Positions 26,551-40,600 of a stretch of 64,000 nucleotides of DNA are shown here, piece after piece (the stretch's first letter is position 1; every line of letters begins with the position of its first letter). The DNA comes from Antedon mediterranea. Taxonomy: Eukaryota; Animalia; Echinodermata. Under the pieces are notes generated by a model. That model ran no database searches. It was not told the DNA's origin and was given only the letters and a program-made list of their open reading frames with translations. Location: contig NC_092671.1 in NCBI RefSeq assembly GCF_964355755.1, forward strand, positions 18,600,001-18,664,000. Reading direction: 5' to 3'. The position numbers and the translations under genes are program-made.

Positions 26551-26748
26551 AAGCAACTCAGACAGCATCGTATGACGAGGCCCATGAAACGTCTTGACTC
26601 ATCGGTGCTGCCCGAGTTAAATCCCGACGAGACGAGTCGTCTTGTGATAGCATTTTGCGTATTTTTATGGTCGTCGGGGGAACTTTAAACATGATTAATT
26701 TTCTCTCAACAAGATGACTTGTCATACAATGCTGTCTCAGTTGGCCTT
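26551..26748. mobile_element. Short MITE in the DNAJA1 3' region
   Basis: Imperfect TIRs CAACTCAGACAGCATCGTATGAC / GTCATACAATGCTGTCTCAGTTG; related half copy at ~37660-37725. Confidence 0.6.
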
Positions 26749-29638
26749 AATACTGTATACACATCATTCTATCTGAATTAATATATATTTTTTACATAGC
26801 GAGTATTAAATTACTGTGCTCAAATTGTATGACACTCGCAAGATTGGAAAATAGTCAGTATTAAAGCTATTCAGTTCAGTTTTCGACCTGAATTTATTTA
26901 AATCAGTATCACATACTGACATATAACACTCAAAAGCTGTTCTCTAAATAAAGTCTTGTTTCTACTGTATGTTATGGTCCAGGTTCTGAGCAGCAATTTT
27001 ACTTAATATCTGTAAAAAGAAAATATCTATCTTAGATTCTTTAGCTAGTTATTATCAAAAAGGTTGTTGGTAGTGCTAAGTAAAAAGAAGAGACTTGTAA
27101 AATGTCCAGCTGTTATGTAATATTTCACAAATTCTTTGTATTCTATCACAATATATGCATTGTATTTGTATTGGCAACTTTGATCGTAACCACTGTTATA
27201 AAACATTTGTAAATAGTTTATTTGCATTTAAATAATAGATGTGTGGTTAATTATTTGTTCCAGAGGCCATGAATATTCTAGACTTAGAAATTTGGTTTAA
27301 TTTGGGTTCTTGTGCTTTATAAAGGTGTTTTTTGGACCCATCCCCACCTGAAAGGTAGTTTAACATTACGGTCAACTCGTACGTAAATTGTATACATTAT
27401 TGCTATAGGAATAGGATTACTTCTTAATTTTATTATTAATTATGTGCTTTGTTTTAATTTTTGTGATAAAATATTAGTTAATGGTGTCTTTGTACGTAAT
27501 ACCACAGTTGAATGTCAAAGAATAAAGTATTAATGATATCATTGTCTGTATGTGTCCATTGGGTGGAAACTAATTCTCATGAGTTGTCAGATCTAGCCGA
27601 CTCAGGCAATGCAAAAGATAGGACATTAGTTTCAGGTCAGCACTTCAGTTTAATACCATTAAATTTTTCAATGTGATGGAAAAACTACAGTATATAAAAA
27701 AAACATAAAATTCAATTCAAAGCAGTAATTTATTTTTTAAACATGAAAAAGTACATCTTATACCTCTACCACTGATATGAAAATGATCAATTATAGTACC
27801 ATCTACAGGAAATAAATCCAGTGTAAAGTACACTAATAAACCGAATTACACTGTATGTTTCATTTAAAAGTAGTAATTATTTTTTCATAGGAAAAAATTA
27901 TTTCTTTATAGTAATCACTAATAAATCATGTAGTATGCAGTAATATTGAGCAGGCAAAAAAATATTTTTTAAGGTATGATGCAGAAACGAATTATTCATT
28001 ATGTTGTATTTGTTGACCATGAAGATACCATTCCCTCTAGGCAATTGCCCGATACACCAGCGGTATTACCTCTAGCGACAATAAACATTTTGCTGTATCA
28101 CGTCTTCTGACAGTAACCTTAATCCCATATGGAATACTGTAGTATAGTGAAAAATTATTTAGAGAGTTTAGGGTTGGTTAATATTTAGGAGTTAGATGCT
28201 ATGGTATGGGTCAGTTGCCATAAGCAGATCAGATAAGTACAAGAACCAGCTGAAGCTTGTATCCAAGACGGTGAGTTAAACAAATTAACATGTGTAAAAC
28301 TTGAACCAAGGACCCTCACCGCACACTATGCCATTACGCATTAAGCCAATAGATAGAAAACATTATCATGAATTTCCAGTTATTACATATATCACATGTC
28401 ATGCATATTAAATCAGGTAGAGGATTATACAATAATGAATAATTCATGTTTTCTGCATCACATCCTACAAATAAGTGAGCAGGAATGGGTTTCACAATGG
28501 AATCTATTTCAATATACAGTACTAATAACTCTAAAGAATTACAACTGATAAACAATCAATGTTATTTCTATTGACAGTGAAAGAAGCAAAGAAATTTGAT
28601 TTACATAAAGCACCAACAATAATAGTGTACCTAGCACGACTAAACACAATAGAACTATTAAATATGTGATCCGAGTACAGTATTTATTCTTCCATGAAAA
28701 CCTGTACTTAGTTGAAGTTCAAAATACTGCTACTGCATTTTAAAACTCATTTTTCCATACAAATCCACTTAAGCGCAATAAAGGGTTGTTCAGAAACTCA
28801 GGAATTTAATTGGAGTCCCATGTACTGACACTAGCTTGTTCGATCGTTGGTATGAAATTAGATTTGCTTGCTTTATGATACACACACATGACAGTACATT
28901 ATTGTATTTGGCGGGTTGCTCAAATCTCTAAGAAAAGCTTGGAAAGCTTGTTTATGATTACTTTTTAAATTAAGTTTTAAAGAAGAATTTTATTTTTAAT
29001 TTGCCAAATTAAAATCACCTGTCATTGATGGAAGTTAACCTTTCATTTACTACCACAGTCTTTATCACTTGGTATTGAAATGAGTACAGAATTTAAAATC
29101 ATCTCAAATTAAATAATAAATACATGTGTTAATAGTTTATATACAGTAAATCAAATCTTATTAAATACTAGTAAATTAAACTAAAATTACAGAAACACAC
29201 ACAATCTATTAAATCTTAAATTATTCATAATATTTCTATAATAAATAAATTCCCTTTATTGAATTACCATTACCAATTCACAATAAAAACAATAATTTTG
29301 AAAAACAGTGTTAACAATTGTATTTAAAAAACCTAAGCTGGAAGTGAGGTTCGCATGTGTATGTGTATCAAATGTAAAAAAATGTGAAAATCATTTTACT
29401 GTACCAATGTATGTAATTATAATAAAACACATTGTAACATTTAAACAACAACATAATAATAATGACAATCTTAAAAATTAAAAACAAAGGATACTTTCAT
29501 GTACAGTAATTAGTAAATATGTACATTCATACAACCATTTTACATAAATATGGATTTTCATTATCCTTTGCATGTGGACTTTCACATCATGCCCGGATTT
29601 GGTCTGGTTCCTTAAAATAATTTCATGAGTATTGAGCA

Positions 29639-29885
29639 TGCTTTCACATCGAGCACAAATTTGGTTATTCGTTGCGAAGCGAGGTCATTTATACTCACTG
29701 CTAATTTGACAGAAGAAAGAAATCGTACAATTTTGAAAAACAAATGGCTTCTTGATCCATCACTCCGAACTCGGAGACCGAATCGTACGATTTTGGTGTG
29801 AACGATCATAATTATGCTTTACCACACAACTCATTTCCCACGATAATTGTCTCAGGGCACCGGACTAAATTCACATGTGAAAGCA
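29639..29885. mobile_element. MITE with GCTTTCACAT / ATGTGAAAGC termini
   Basis: Short TIRs; a second copy in opposite orientation (40581-40730 plus 43603-43648) is split by the HINE dimer. Confidence 0.65.
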
Positions 29886-31299
29886 GCTTAATATCTATAT
29901 ACTAACCAATCTACATCTACAAATTTATGGAATGAACTTCTAAATTTTGCACTTTAATAAAACAACCTTTAAGAAGGCTTAAAAAGGTAGTTCTCTATTT
30001 CAACTATGGGAAGGTGTTTAGCTAATATGATATTATTGTAAAGTAAATATAAAATCAATACATTTAGTAGTTAAGGAGGCCCAGTCCAAATAATGGCATT
30101 TTTCTGCCTTGATTAAATAACTCTTTGTTGTAATTTTGATTATGTGCTGTAAAGCAAAAACATCTATATTCCTAATATTCCACCCATAATTTTTTTTTAA
30201 AATAGGGGCAGCTGTTGGCATTTTACATAATACTCTTTACGATACCTATCTATTATTAATTCATATATTTACATATATTGTGCAATACTTTTTCAAGGAT
30301 AGATTTTTACATTGCCCAACATCTAATCATATTTTTACTTTTACAATAAATCTCAACTCATAATATTGTCACATACAGTATATTAAGATTTGTAATCTAT
30401 GCAAGAAAAGTCAAGAGCTCTTCAATCCAATTTTCCAATACAAATATTATCATATGTTAATCTTACTACATGCATGACATGGATATGTTTATGCAAACAT
30501 TTTATAAAAATTTTTTTTATAGGACTTGGTAATTTAAGAAATTAATATAATATTTCTACTTGCTATCAACAACTTTTTTTTATATTTATGTAGTCTAATA
30601 TATACTAGATTATAAACATCTTAGTACAAATTTAGTAAAACATATTATAATTGAAAACATAATTATAAATGAATGTAAATGAAAGATCAAAACAAATCCT
30701 TATTTATACCAACAAATGTAAAATTGGTTTCTTGCATGTCAAGTTTTATAATTAATTTAATTTTGTAACAAACTTTCTCTACATCTAGAATATACTGTAC
30801 AAAAACGAAGCCAATTATTTCTTTATTATCAACAAATATATAGATTATTATATGATTATGTTTAAATAACATAACATAAAACTGACTCCAAATAACAAAA
30901 GGCAAGCCATGATTCAACGTTTTGATCAAATAAAGATCAAATCATGGCTTGCCTCTTGTTATTTGAAGTTAGTTTTATACTATGTTATATAATCAAACAT
31001 ATTTTGATTTGATTTCTTGGAAAAGCTGTGTAATAAATACACATTTTGTAGAATGTTTGCTTCACATTTTGAATAGAGAATGGGGAGTAAGGAAACTAAC
31101 AGAAAGATTTAAGGCTTTATTTGGATGGTGAAATGGCTGCAAGCATTCAACTCGGTGATGAATATATAAGTCATGAATATTTTTCATTCATAGTAAGAAA
31201 TGTGACTGATAATATCATAAAAAATCAACCTAAAATACTAATTCATATTTTATTGTAGGTGAATCAAGTGCAACCAATTCCTTGCACGGAATAATTTAA

Positions 31300-31522
31300 A
31301 GATATATTGTCTCCCTGAAAAAAATAATTGTTACTTATTTTTTGGTGAATACCATGACATTTTAATGTCACATATTCACTTTGACCAACAATTGGATAGA
31401 AAATTTTATCAGAAAAAAATTGTGAAATCATTATTTTTGTATGTTTACCTCTATGTAAAATGACCTATTCAAAATATAATTTTATTAATCTTCTTTTAAA
31501 GTTTCTGGGAGACAATACATCT
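31300..31522. mobile_element. TTAA-flanked MITE (Kolobok-like)
   Basis: TIR AGATATATTGTCTCCC / GGGAGACAATACATCT flanked by TTAA/TAA; relatives at ~22320-22488 and ~16615-16775. Confidence 0.55.
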
Positions 31523-31662
31523 TAAATTAAAATAAAAAACATTATTTATAAATCAAAGTTCATGGTTTCCTGATGATTCATTAATGGCAACTAGGCTGTT
31601 GACGATAGCTGACATCCTTCTCTTATCTTGTTAATCTTTCTTTCAAATTCCGGATGATTTTT

Positions 31663-34600
31663 TTACAGGAATGCATTTGGATTAGCACGAGGATCTTTTT
31701 GGTTACGATATCGGTACGTCAAAAAAACTCCAAGCAACTATGAAGAAAAATATAGTACAACATTATTTCACAACTCTTCAAGGTTTTCAAAATATAATTA
31801 TTGTACAAAGTATTCACTGGCAAATATGTGTACAAAACTGGGAAATTAAATTTAAAACTTCAATATTTTGTTTTCTTGTTCAATACAATGAGTTAAATGT
31901 TGATTAATAAAAACAATTCTAACAATATGAAAAAAAAATAGAATTCTAAACATCCACCTCAAAATACTTTAAACTGATAAATAAAACAAAATGTGTGGTG
32001 TTAATATGTTTGAATATAAAAAAATAATTTGTGGATAAAAAGAACAAAATACTGTATGTTCCAGTTTTAAGAAAAAACCTAACTTAGCTGTATAAACTAT
32101 AACTAATTATCTCATACAGTATGATTTTTAAAAATGATGTACTAATGAGGTACTAAACACATCAAACACAGAAAATAAAAATGAATTTGACACTGACATA
32201 CTAAACATGTCACATGAAACACATCACACCGACATTTGTATTACACTGACACATGACATTAAACACATGACACTAAGCACATAACACAAGAACACTTTAA
32301 ACACATACAGTACACAGACAAAATCTGGACTTGCATTACACAGATACATGACACTATAAACATCACACAAAAACACCTTAAACATGTACAGTATAGTACA
32401 CAAATAAATCTGAATTTGTGTTACAATAAACAATGGAACATTCAATTGGTTGAGAAGAAATTAGTGTATTTGTATTATTAAAAAACTCACAAAGCGCTTT
32501 CACATCACACAGAATTGTAATAATAATTTTGTCATATACTATATTAACGCTTCTAACAATAAGACTATCCCAGATGAAAAAAATATTTATTAGACACAAC
32601 GCATATCCTACACTGACAAAATTGGCGTTAACAATAATGCCAATCTATTGAACTGGAACTAAACTACAGTACTAAACTTTGGTGATTTTCTGCCACCAAA
32701 CGTCTATTAGCCATCTGTCCACAAGGACAGGGGATGAGATTGACCAGTACAACTGGGTAACCTCTTACTCTTTCAAAATAATGCACTAGGGCTAAGTCCG
32801 ATGTGTACAGTGGACTTTCAGTTTTTAATTTCATATCCGAGAAGACTTGTTTTACCACTAGAAAAATTGTCACGGAGAGAATTGAACCTGTGCTGATTAT
32901 TATCTATAGTTTGCAGCACCGCAGCAGCACTGCTGCCTTAACCGCTCAGCCACTTGACTTATCTGATGATGATTTGATGATGTCATATAAAAACAAATGA
33001 ACAAAAACATGTTATAATGACTTAATGTGTTCAAACGTGGTCATGATGAATGTCATTTTGAACACAGTACAAACAATATAATAGTTTAATACTTTCAAAA
33101 ATGTCTCTTTCTAACTAAACAATGTTAAACAGAAAGATGACATTTATCAAAATTGAAACAAAGTTGAGCAAATAACATCAAGTGATAGATTGACAGATTA
33201 TCATAGAGTTTAAAAAGAAAATGGAAATAATAAAGCAAAAAGAAAAAAAGTGAGAAGAAAATTAATAAAAGATTAAAACGAGAAAAAATCCAAGGTATAG
33301 AAAAGAAATAGAACAACTAACTTTTAAATGCTATATAACTTCTTGGGCCTCTGTGCAAATTCCGCTCTTAACATGTATTAAGTTAATATATCATATTTAT
33401 CGTATTTTTTTTAATGTTTAGTAAAAACTTAATAAAGTAATTTCTACAATAAAATGAAAATTGTGGGACCATAAAGTGGCATCTCAAAGTGATACTAATG
33501 ACTATAGCCACTACGCTGTGAATGTATTTTGTGTTTCGTAAAGTTACACTAATATTTAGACTTAATATACTGATTACAATTAGCTGAATATTCTAGTTTG
33601 TGAATTTTGCAATACACAATTGTCATATTTACATTCATTCATTGCTGAATATACAGTATAGAGTAATTATAGAAAAGCACCATTTTAAAAATATTCAATA
33701 CCACAACCAGTAAGGATATAAAAAAAACTTCAAAATAGTTTGAAAACAAAAGAAATAAATGGTTAATTAAAAATAAATTGTAAATTTGTCATCAGCTTTA
33801 TTTTATGCTTCTGGTATAATTTTGACGGAATAACAAAGTTATTGTAAAGCAACTAACTAACTCAACTGCACAATATTAGTTAGAACATGCTGCCTGAATA
33901 TAAATCAATATTTAACACTTAACACAACAAAATGAACTGAAATGAAAAAATACAAATCAAAGCACCAACCGATTTGGAAATTAAACAGAATCGTTGCGTA
34001 AATGTGCGGAACTTAGAGAAACGCACTAGGATTAGCCCGAGGATCCTTCTGGTTGCGATAACGAATGGCTAGCCACACACCAACCAGCTAAAGGAATGAA
34101 GGATGGTGGAGTCAACAGGGGTTATGAGATAGGGGAAAAAGAAACAGAATTTAGGAGAAAAATTAAAATCATTATGATTAACAAAATACGTAATGCAAAT
34201 AATATGGTGCAAGGGTCATTCCATCTCAGATCACCCAATGAGTTAAACCCTACCTCTTCCAATTTTGATGAAATTTGGTATATGGGTGATTCATAGCAAT
34301 TAAAGCCAAAATTTCAAATTTTAACTTTATCGGACCAACGGTTTTCGAGATATCGCAATTTCAATTTTCGGTTTTTACGCAAAAAAGGGCGCGTCCGCCA
34401 CGTTTCAAAGAGCTGTATCTCGGGAACTATAGGTTCGATTTTAAAAGCAAAGGTATTTTTGTAAAGGGGAGACCATAAGGAATCTAAATATACTAATTGT
34501 GTGTGTTTTATGTTAATTTTAAGTTGAATAAAACTTTGACATATATTTTGACCTTGAAATTGACCCCGTGGAACACGCCCGATTTGTTGGTGACTATCAC

Positions 34601-37600
34601 GAAAAATGTAGCCCTACGTGTCAACTACAACATATAAAAAAATTGGAGGGGTTTTTTTCTTTGTTTCCATGAAATTACAATTTGAAGTTGACATACCTCT
34701 TCCTTTTAGTGTATTTTTGGTGTCTGTCCATGCATTACTTCAATGTCAATTTGATGTATTCCAAAAATAATTTTATTTACAAACTAAATATTATTATAAT
34801 GTTACAATTGTCTATGTCTGGCCTTTACTCCTTGTCATCTGGCCAATTCAAACAGTATTTAGAAATGTTGTGGCGAACATTTTGGGAAATATTGTAATTC
34901 CTAGTCGAAGAGGATTTATAAACGGAGAGGCTATAAATAATACAATGTACATTTGATTCAGGAATCCAACAACAGTCTTCTTTGGACGGCCAATAAAAGG
35001 TTTTCGCTGGACCATGAGGATGCATAAATTTAATTTGATAATCCCCAAACTCTTCTGAGACATCCACAACCAAAACAATCCATGGGACACCATCATAACT
35101 ACAGCACACAAAATTCTGAAGTCTAATAATGGTGGGTTGTGTATCAGCAACAATTTCATTTTCATCACTGAAAGATTCTTGAATCACTACCACATCCAGA
35201 GGGTTTATCTGGGTACTAAGTTTGTAGACCTACATCTGTGCCAGAGAAACGGGAACAATGATATTGTAATGTACCCTTGATGGTCTGGGCGAGGTTGAAT
35301 CTCGGCTTTATTTCTTTTTCCACAGTAGATACCTCATCTATTCCCACATGAAAAAAGTTGATGCCTGGAATGTCCATATGAGCGAGTCATATGGGCGCCG
35401 TTTACTGTACCTAAAGAGCCAACAACATCGGCAAGGGTTCGAGGCCGACTCGCTCCTAGTTCTGGTGGTGGAACAAGTCTTCTCGGATAAGGACTATAAA
35501 CCGTAGGTCCAGTGTACACAGTTATAACCTGTGTGTACTTTAAAGAATCCAGTTCATTATTCGAAAAAGAGTAGGGGGTTACCCCGGTGAACTGGTTCAC
35601 ACAATAGCCCCTGTATCAGGGGGATTACCACCTATCTGATAGGACAGTGATTAATTAACTATTGGTAATCCTTGGCCACATTGCCTAAAGACATAAAATA
35701 AAAAATTACACAGTAGTCGAACATACTAAGAGATGTGAGAATATGACATTCAGTCAAACGCTGTAAGCTTCTCTTAGTGACAAGCCTCTTAACTGTTCCA
35801 CCTATGCCATCACAATCACATGCACTCTTGCCATGTGATGTAGCGAAAAAATTCCACTCGGCGTCTAAACCAAAATCTTCCTGGTGGTGGCAAAGATTAA
35901 TAAAGTTATATTTGTTTTTGTATTGGCCGCCACATCCATCTGTGAAATAATGAACTTTTTTCATGGTTGGTAGTTTTGTTTTTAAATAGGGGATGACAAC
36001 CTTTAAAAAGGCATATACAGTAACTGTTGTATGTTCTCTGCAATCACTTGTTATGCATATGTTAATGTGCATAATAACATAGTAAGGACACTAAACTATG
36101 TGTCAAAATTGATTTGAAAAGTATGTGAGTTACCCAGTATTTCTCATATCAAAATATATCTACTGTTTAAGTGGGCCTGATGAGAAAGCGTAACAATAAA
36201 GACACCTTAATAACAGTTAGTGTTCACACTGTGTATAAGTATAACAACACCAAAAATACACTAAAAGGAAGAGGTATGTCAACTTCAAATTGTAATTTTA
36301 TGGAAACAAAGAAAAAAACCCCTCCAATTTTTTTATATGTTGTAGTTGACAGGTAGGGCTACATTTTTCGTGATAGTCACCAACAAATCGGGCGTGTTCC
36401 ACGGGGTCAATTTCAAGGTCAAAATATATGTTAAAGTTTTATTCAACTTAAAATTAACATAAAACACACACAATTAGTATATTTAGGTTCCTTATGGTCT
36501 CCCCTTTACAAAAATACCTTTGTTTTTAAAATCGAACCTATAGTTCCCGAGATACAGCTCTTTGAAACGTGGCGGCCGCGCCCTTTTTTGCGTAAAAACC
36601 GAAAATTGAAATTGCGATATCTTGAAAACCGTTGGTCCGATAAAGTTAAAATTGGAAATTTTGGCTTTAATTGCTATGAATCACCCATATACCAAATTTC
36701 ATCAAAATTGGAAGAGGTAGGGTTTAAAATTCCATTTTTTTTGGGTGAACTGAGATGGAATGACCCGCAAGTGTAAAAAAAATTTCATAAAAAGAAATTT
36801 CAGATCGAATACTTTGGCTATTTTTATAAATTAAACTGTCTATTTGAGATAAATAAAATACCAAGTTTTGAAATCTACAGTACTATATTTGGATTGGAAA
36901 AAAAATAGTAATGTTAAATGCTTTTAAATTTTAAGTAAATGATACTAAAACAGAGTATAAAAAGGTATAAAAAATATATTCTAAAGGGAAAATACTGGAA
37001 GGAAGGTAATCATGTGGTACTATATATTACTGTACTGTATATTATTAACAACAGAAAAATAAATTTAACCAGATCTCAACATTTTTCCCGATTATGAGAA
37101 ATTCTTCATATTTATCTTATTGTGGGTCCCACATGTTAGATACTATTACAGTATGTAAAATAAAAACCACACATTTTTGGGTTAGCTCTAGGTTTCCAGT
37201 TTTGGGAGATTTGACAGGGAAAAGATCTTTATTTATTTAAATTATGTAATTATTGTACTTTTCTTTTATCTTACACTACATTACAGAAAATCTAAAATAA
37301 TTTAAAAATAAATCAGAACAAAAATTGTAATAAGATTCAAATGTTGTTAGTTATCAAAAAACCTTTCAAACAAGGATTAAATCTGGTTTTTTTGGTATAT
37401 AATACCAGCTTTATAAAATACATAATTTAGTGAAAATTTGATCAATAATCTGTTGTCACATAGTAACCAAAGCATTATTTGATTTTTTATGCAAACTAGT
37501 CTGTTGTGTGATCCAAGAGAATTATACAAGATTAATTGAAGAAACAGTTATAAATTATTAATTAATAAAGAATCATCATCAAATTGTAGTATTAAATCAT

Positions 37601-40600
37601 CTCGTCTGGAAAAAATTAAAAATGTTTAAAGTTCTCCCGAAAACATAAAAACTACACTCAATGCTACCGACGAGTCAAGACGTTTCGTCAGGCCTTGTCG
37701 TACAACACTGTATAAGTTGGCCTTTACACTTTCACTGCACAGTGTGCCTACCTCTGTGCGGAAATTATTTAAAGGAAAAAAATAAATATATTCCCTGACT
37801 CTGAGGTAAGTCTACGGGGGAGACAAAAAAGAATTTTCATAAAGTATGGTCATCCAATACAAAGAGAGTTATTGTTATTGTGTTAAACTATATTGAAAAT
37901 TTATAGTAATTTGTTTCACTGTAGTGTATAAATGTTTTGATGCATCTTAAATAGTATTGAGTGCCATTATATCTATATTAATATTATTATACAAGTTAAA
38001 AATAATAGCTTAAAACATGGCTTACCTCTGTAAAACTAAAGAAGAGTCCTACCCCACCAACGGATCTAAGAGCTTTGTGCATTAAGTCATCCAGTTGCTC
38101 AAGGCATGGATACTTCGTAGCACACTCTGATTCAGTCAAATTTTTACACCTTTCAACCTAGAGAAATCCAAAAATGCAAAATTATTTTTAAACTTTAAAA
38201 TACTAACAAATAACATGCATAATATAACCTTATTGATTCTGTCTGAATCTTTATTCATTTATTTATTCCCTAACTGGAATTGGCGAATTCCCCCTGACGT
38301 TTGTAATGAACGAAAAAATGTTTCTTATCACATATGTTTACCGGCAGAAAAAGTAGGCTAGGATCGTTTTGCTGTTTGCTACTGCGCTAAGTGTCGTTTC
38401 CGGCTAACTAGAGTTGTCCTGCTGATGAGTAGGCCTATTTTTTTTTCATTGGGAACTTCCCAACAAATTACTGAAAATGTTTCTTATCGCGTATGTTTAC
38501 CAACGGAAAAATAGGCTACGATCGTTTTGCTGGTTTTTTTTCCACTGGGGACTTCCCCCTGACGTTCATGATGAAATTGAAAAGAAAAAAATTATCATTT
38601 TGCTGTTTGCTAGCGCACTATCCGGCCAAACTAGAGGTGTCATTCAACGTGAAATTTATATATGAGAGTACCATTTCCGGCCATCTAAGGTGTCAATTAC
38701 CAAAAATCGCATCGTGTGTCGGAATCCAACCCCCGGGGGATGAGAGCGTGACGCTTGATGTGAATCCTGGGGAGAACACTGATGATATATAACATTAGAA
38801 ATAGTAGTCATGTTGGGTGTGTAGGTCAATTCAATGTAACTTCAATGTACAGTAGCCTTTTATTCTAGGCTATGGCTTATCATTTCTATCCTTTCAAAAC
38901 CTCTCTACAAAATTTCATTTGGAAAAAATATGCCTGCTTTCTGATTGGCTGTTTAAATTAGAAAAAACTACCCCATTATTTGGTGTGACAACATACACTT
39001 ACTGGGTAAGATAACTCGATGGCAGAAAAAAAAAAGATTAGCAATGTTCTATGTTTGAACTTACCTCTGAACAAGATGGATCAGACGGTGAGTTTGTCCC
39101 GTTTAAAGAGCAGCAGTTGTATTGTATCTGCACTTCATTTTTCGTTATATTTGATGCTTGATGTTCCCAGCCATATGTAATGACATCTTCCCGTTTGCTT
39201 TCACTGTATACAAGACATGCGATGGAAACAAACATTTCGATGAGGAATAAAAGTACTAAGATAACCATATACTAATAACAAGTTAAGAAAATCAAACAAT
39301 ATAATTTATTTAATTATTATACAAAATTAATTAATTGGATATTTTGTTGATTTATTTGGTATTTGTGTCCTTTTTTTTGTCCTTAATTTTTGTCTTGTTT
39401 TTTATTGTTACCATTAATTTCATAATATTGAATAAATGTTTTATAGATTTATTGATTGTTCTCATTTTGTTTGTTAGATATATTGTACCTAACTATTCTG
39501 TTAAAAAAAACGTGTGAGGTAGAGTATCTAGCGTAGTTTACAACAAAACCTTGTCTCTTCTGTAATTGCCATATTGCAATCATCATAAGACACTGGACTA
39601 ACACTATCTTTTCACAGTAAATGAAATATATTTTGTTGAAAGGATACAAAAAAAAGTAGAACTTGATGATGCTTGACTGCTCCGACAAGACCAATAAGAG
39701 CAACAATCAATAAAAATACACCACATGCTATGATTCCACCAATCACTGATGTACTAGTCACAACGGCTGCATACTTCGCAGTTGCAGCAACACTTATTAA
39801 AATTATAGACACAAGCTGTAGGTCAATAAAAAAAATGGATGTTAGTTTTATACTGTACAGTACACATTGAAATAATGCAAACAATTTAGTTTCAGTACTA
39901 TCACTCTACTGTATACATAAGCTTTAAATTAAACAAAAAACATTTATTATAGTGCATCAAATGTTATTATTATTATTATTATTATTATTATAGCACATTT
40001 CACAATCAATGTCGTCTCAAGGCGTTTTGGACTTAAGCCTTGTTCGAACAACAGTTCACTCAATTAAAATCATCTTGCATATCTGCTAGGATATTTTACT
40101 TCATAGTGCTACAGTATGTATTGGAATTTTGTGTTTTCTTTGGAAAACATTTTCTGTCCCATACTAAGCTAATATGATTTTTTTTACATGATCTAACTAG
40201 AAAATGCCTTTTAATTCATTTATGGCTGTTGCCAATTTTCATTTCTTTAGTTTGGCTACTAAATAAGTCATTGTTAACTAGCACTCAAGCTGTCAATTTT
40301 CATAATGTACAGTATAATGCTGTCAACTAAATATCATGGCCTAGCTTGTTGAAGAGAAAAACAATTGGTTATCTACAATAATTATTTGTCTCATTTATCA
40401 TTGTCAGAAAACAACATGTTAATTTACATTCAACCAAAATTTAACAATTCATGGCTTACTATCCAGGGAACATTGTAATTAAATATGTAGGATATTACTG
40501 CTGCTCAATCTGAATTTGGAGTAGGAAACAGTTTTGTATTGTTAGTTTTAATATTTATGCATTGCAAATAGTTTGAATATGCTACTTTCACATCGAGCCC

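Larger units (their letters stand above)
34213..36766 (-). mobile_element. Sola2-type DNA transposon, internally deleted, ~510-bp TIRs
   Basis: Termini GGGTCATTCCATCTCAG / CTGAGATGGAATGACCC; 4-bp TSD GCAA (34209-34212, 36767-36770); near-identical arms 34213-~34723 and ~36247-36766. Confidence 0.88.

Noticed and set aside
26571-26597. Hammerhead-like TGACGAG..GAAACGTC
   Set aside because: Lacks CUGA and a proper stem II; lies within a MITE whose relative at ~37680 does not keep the core.
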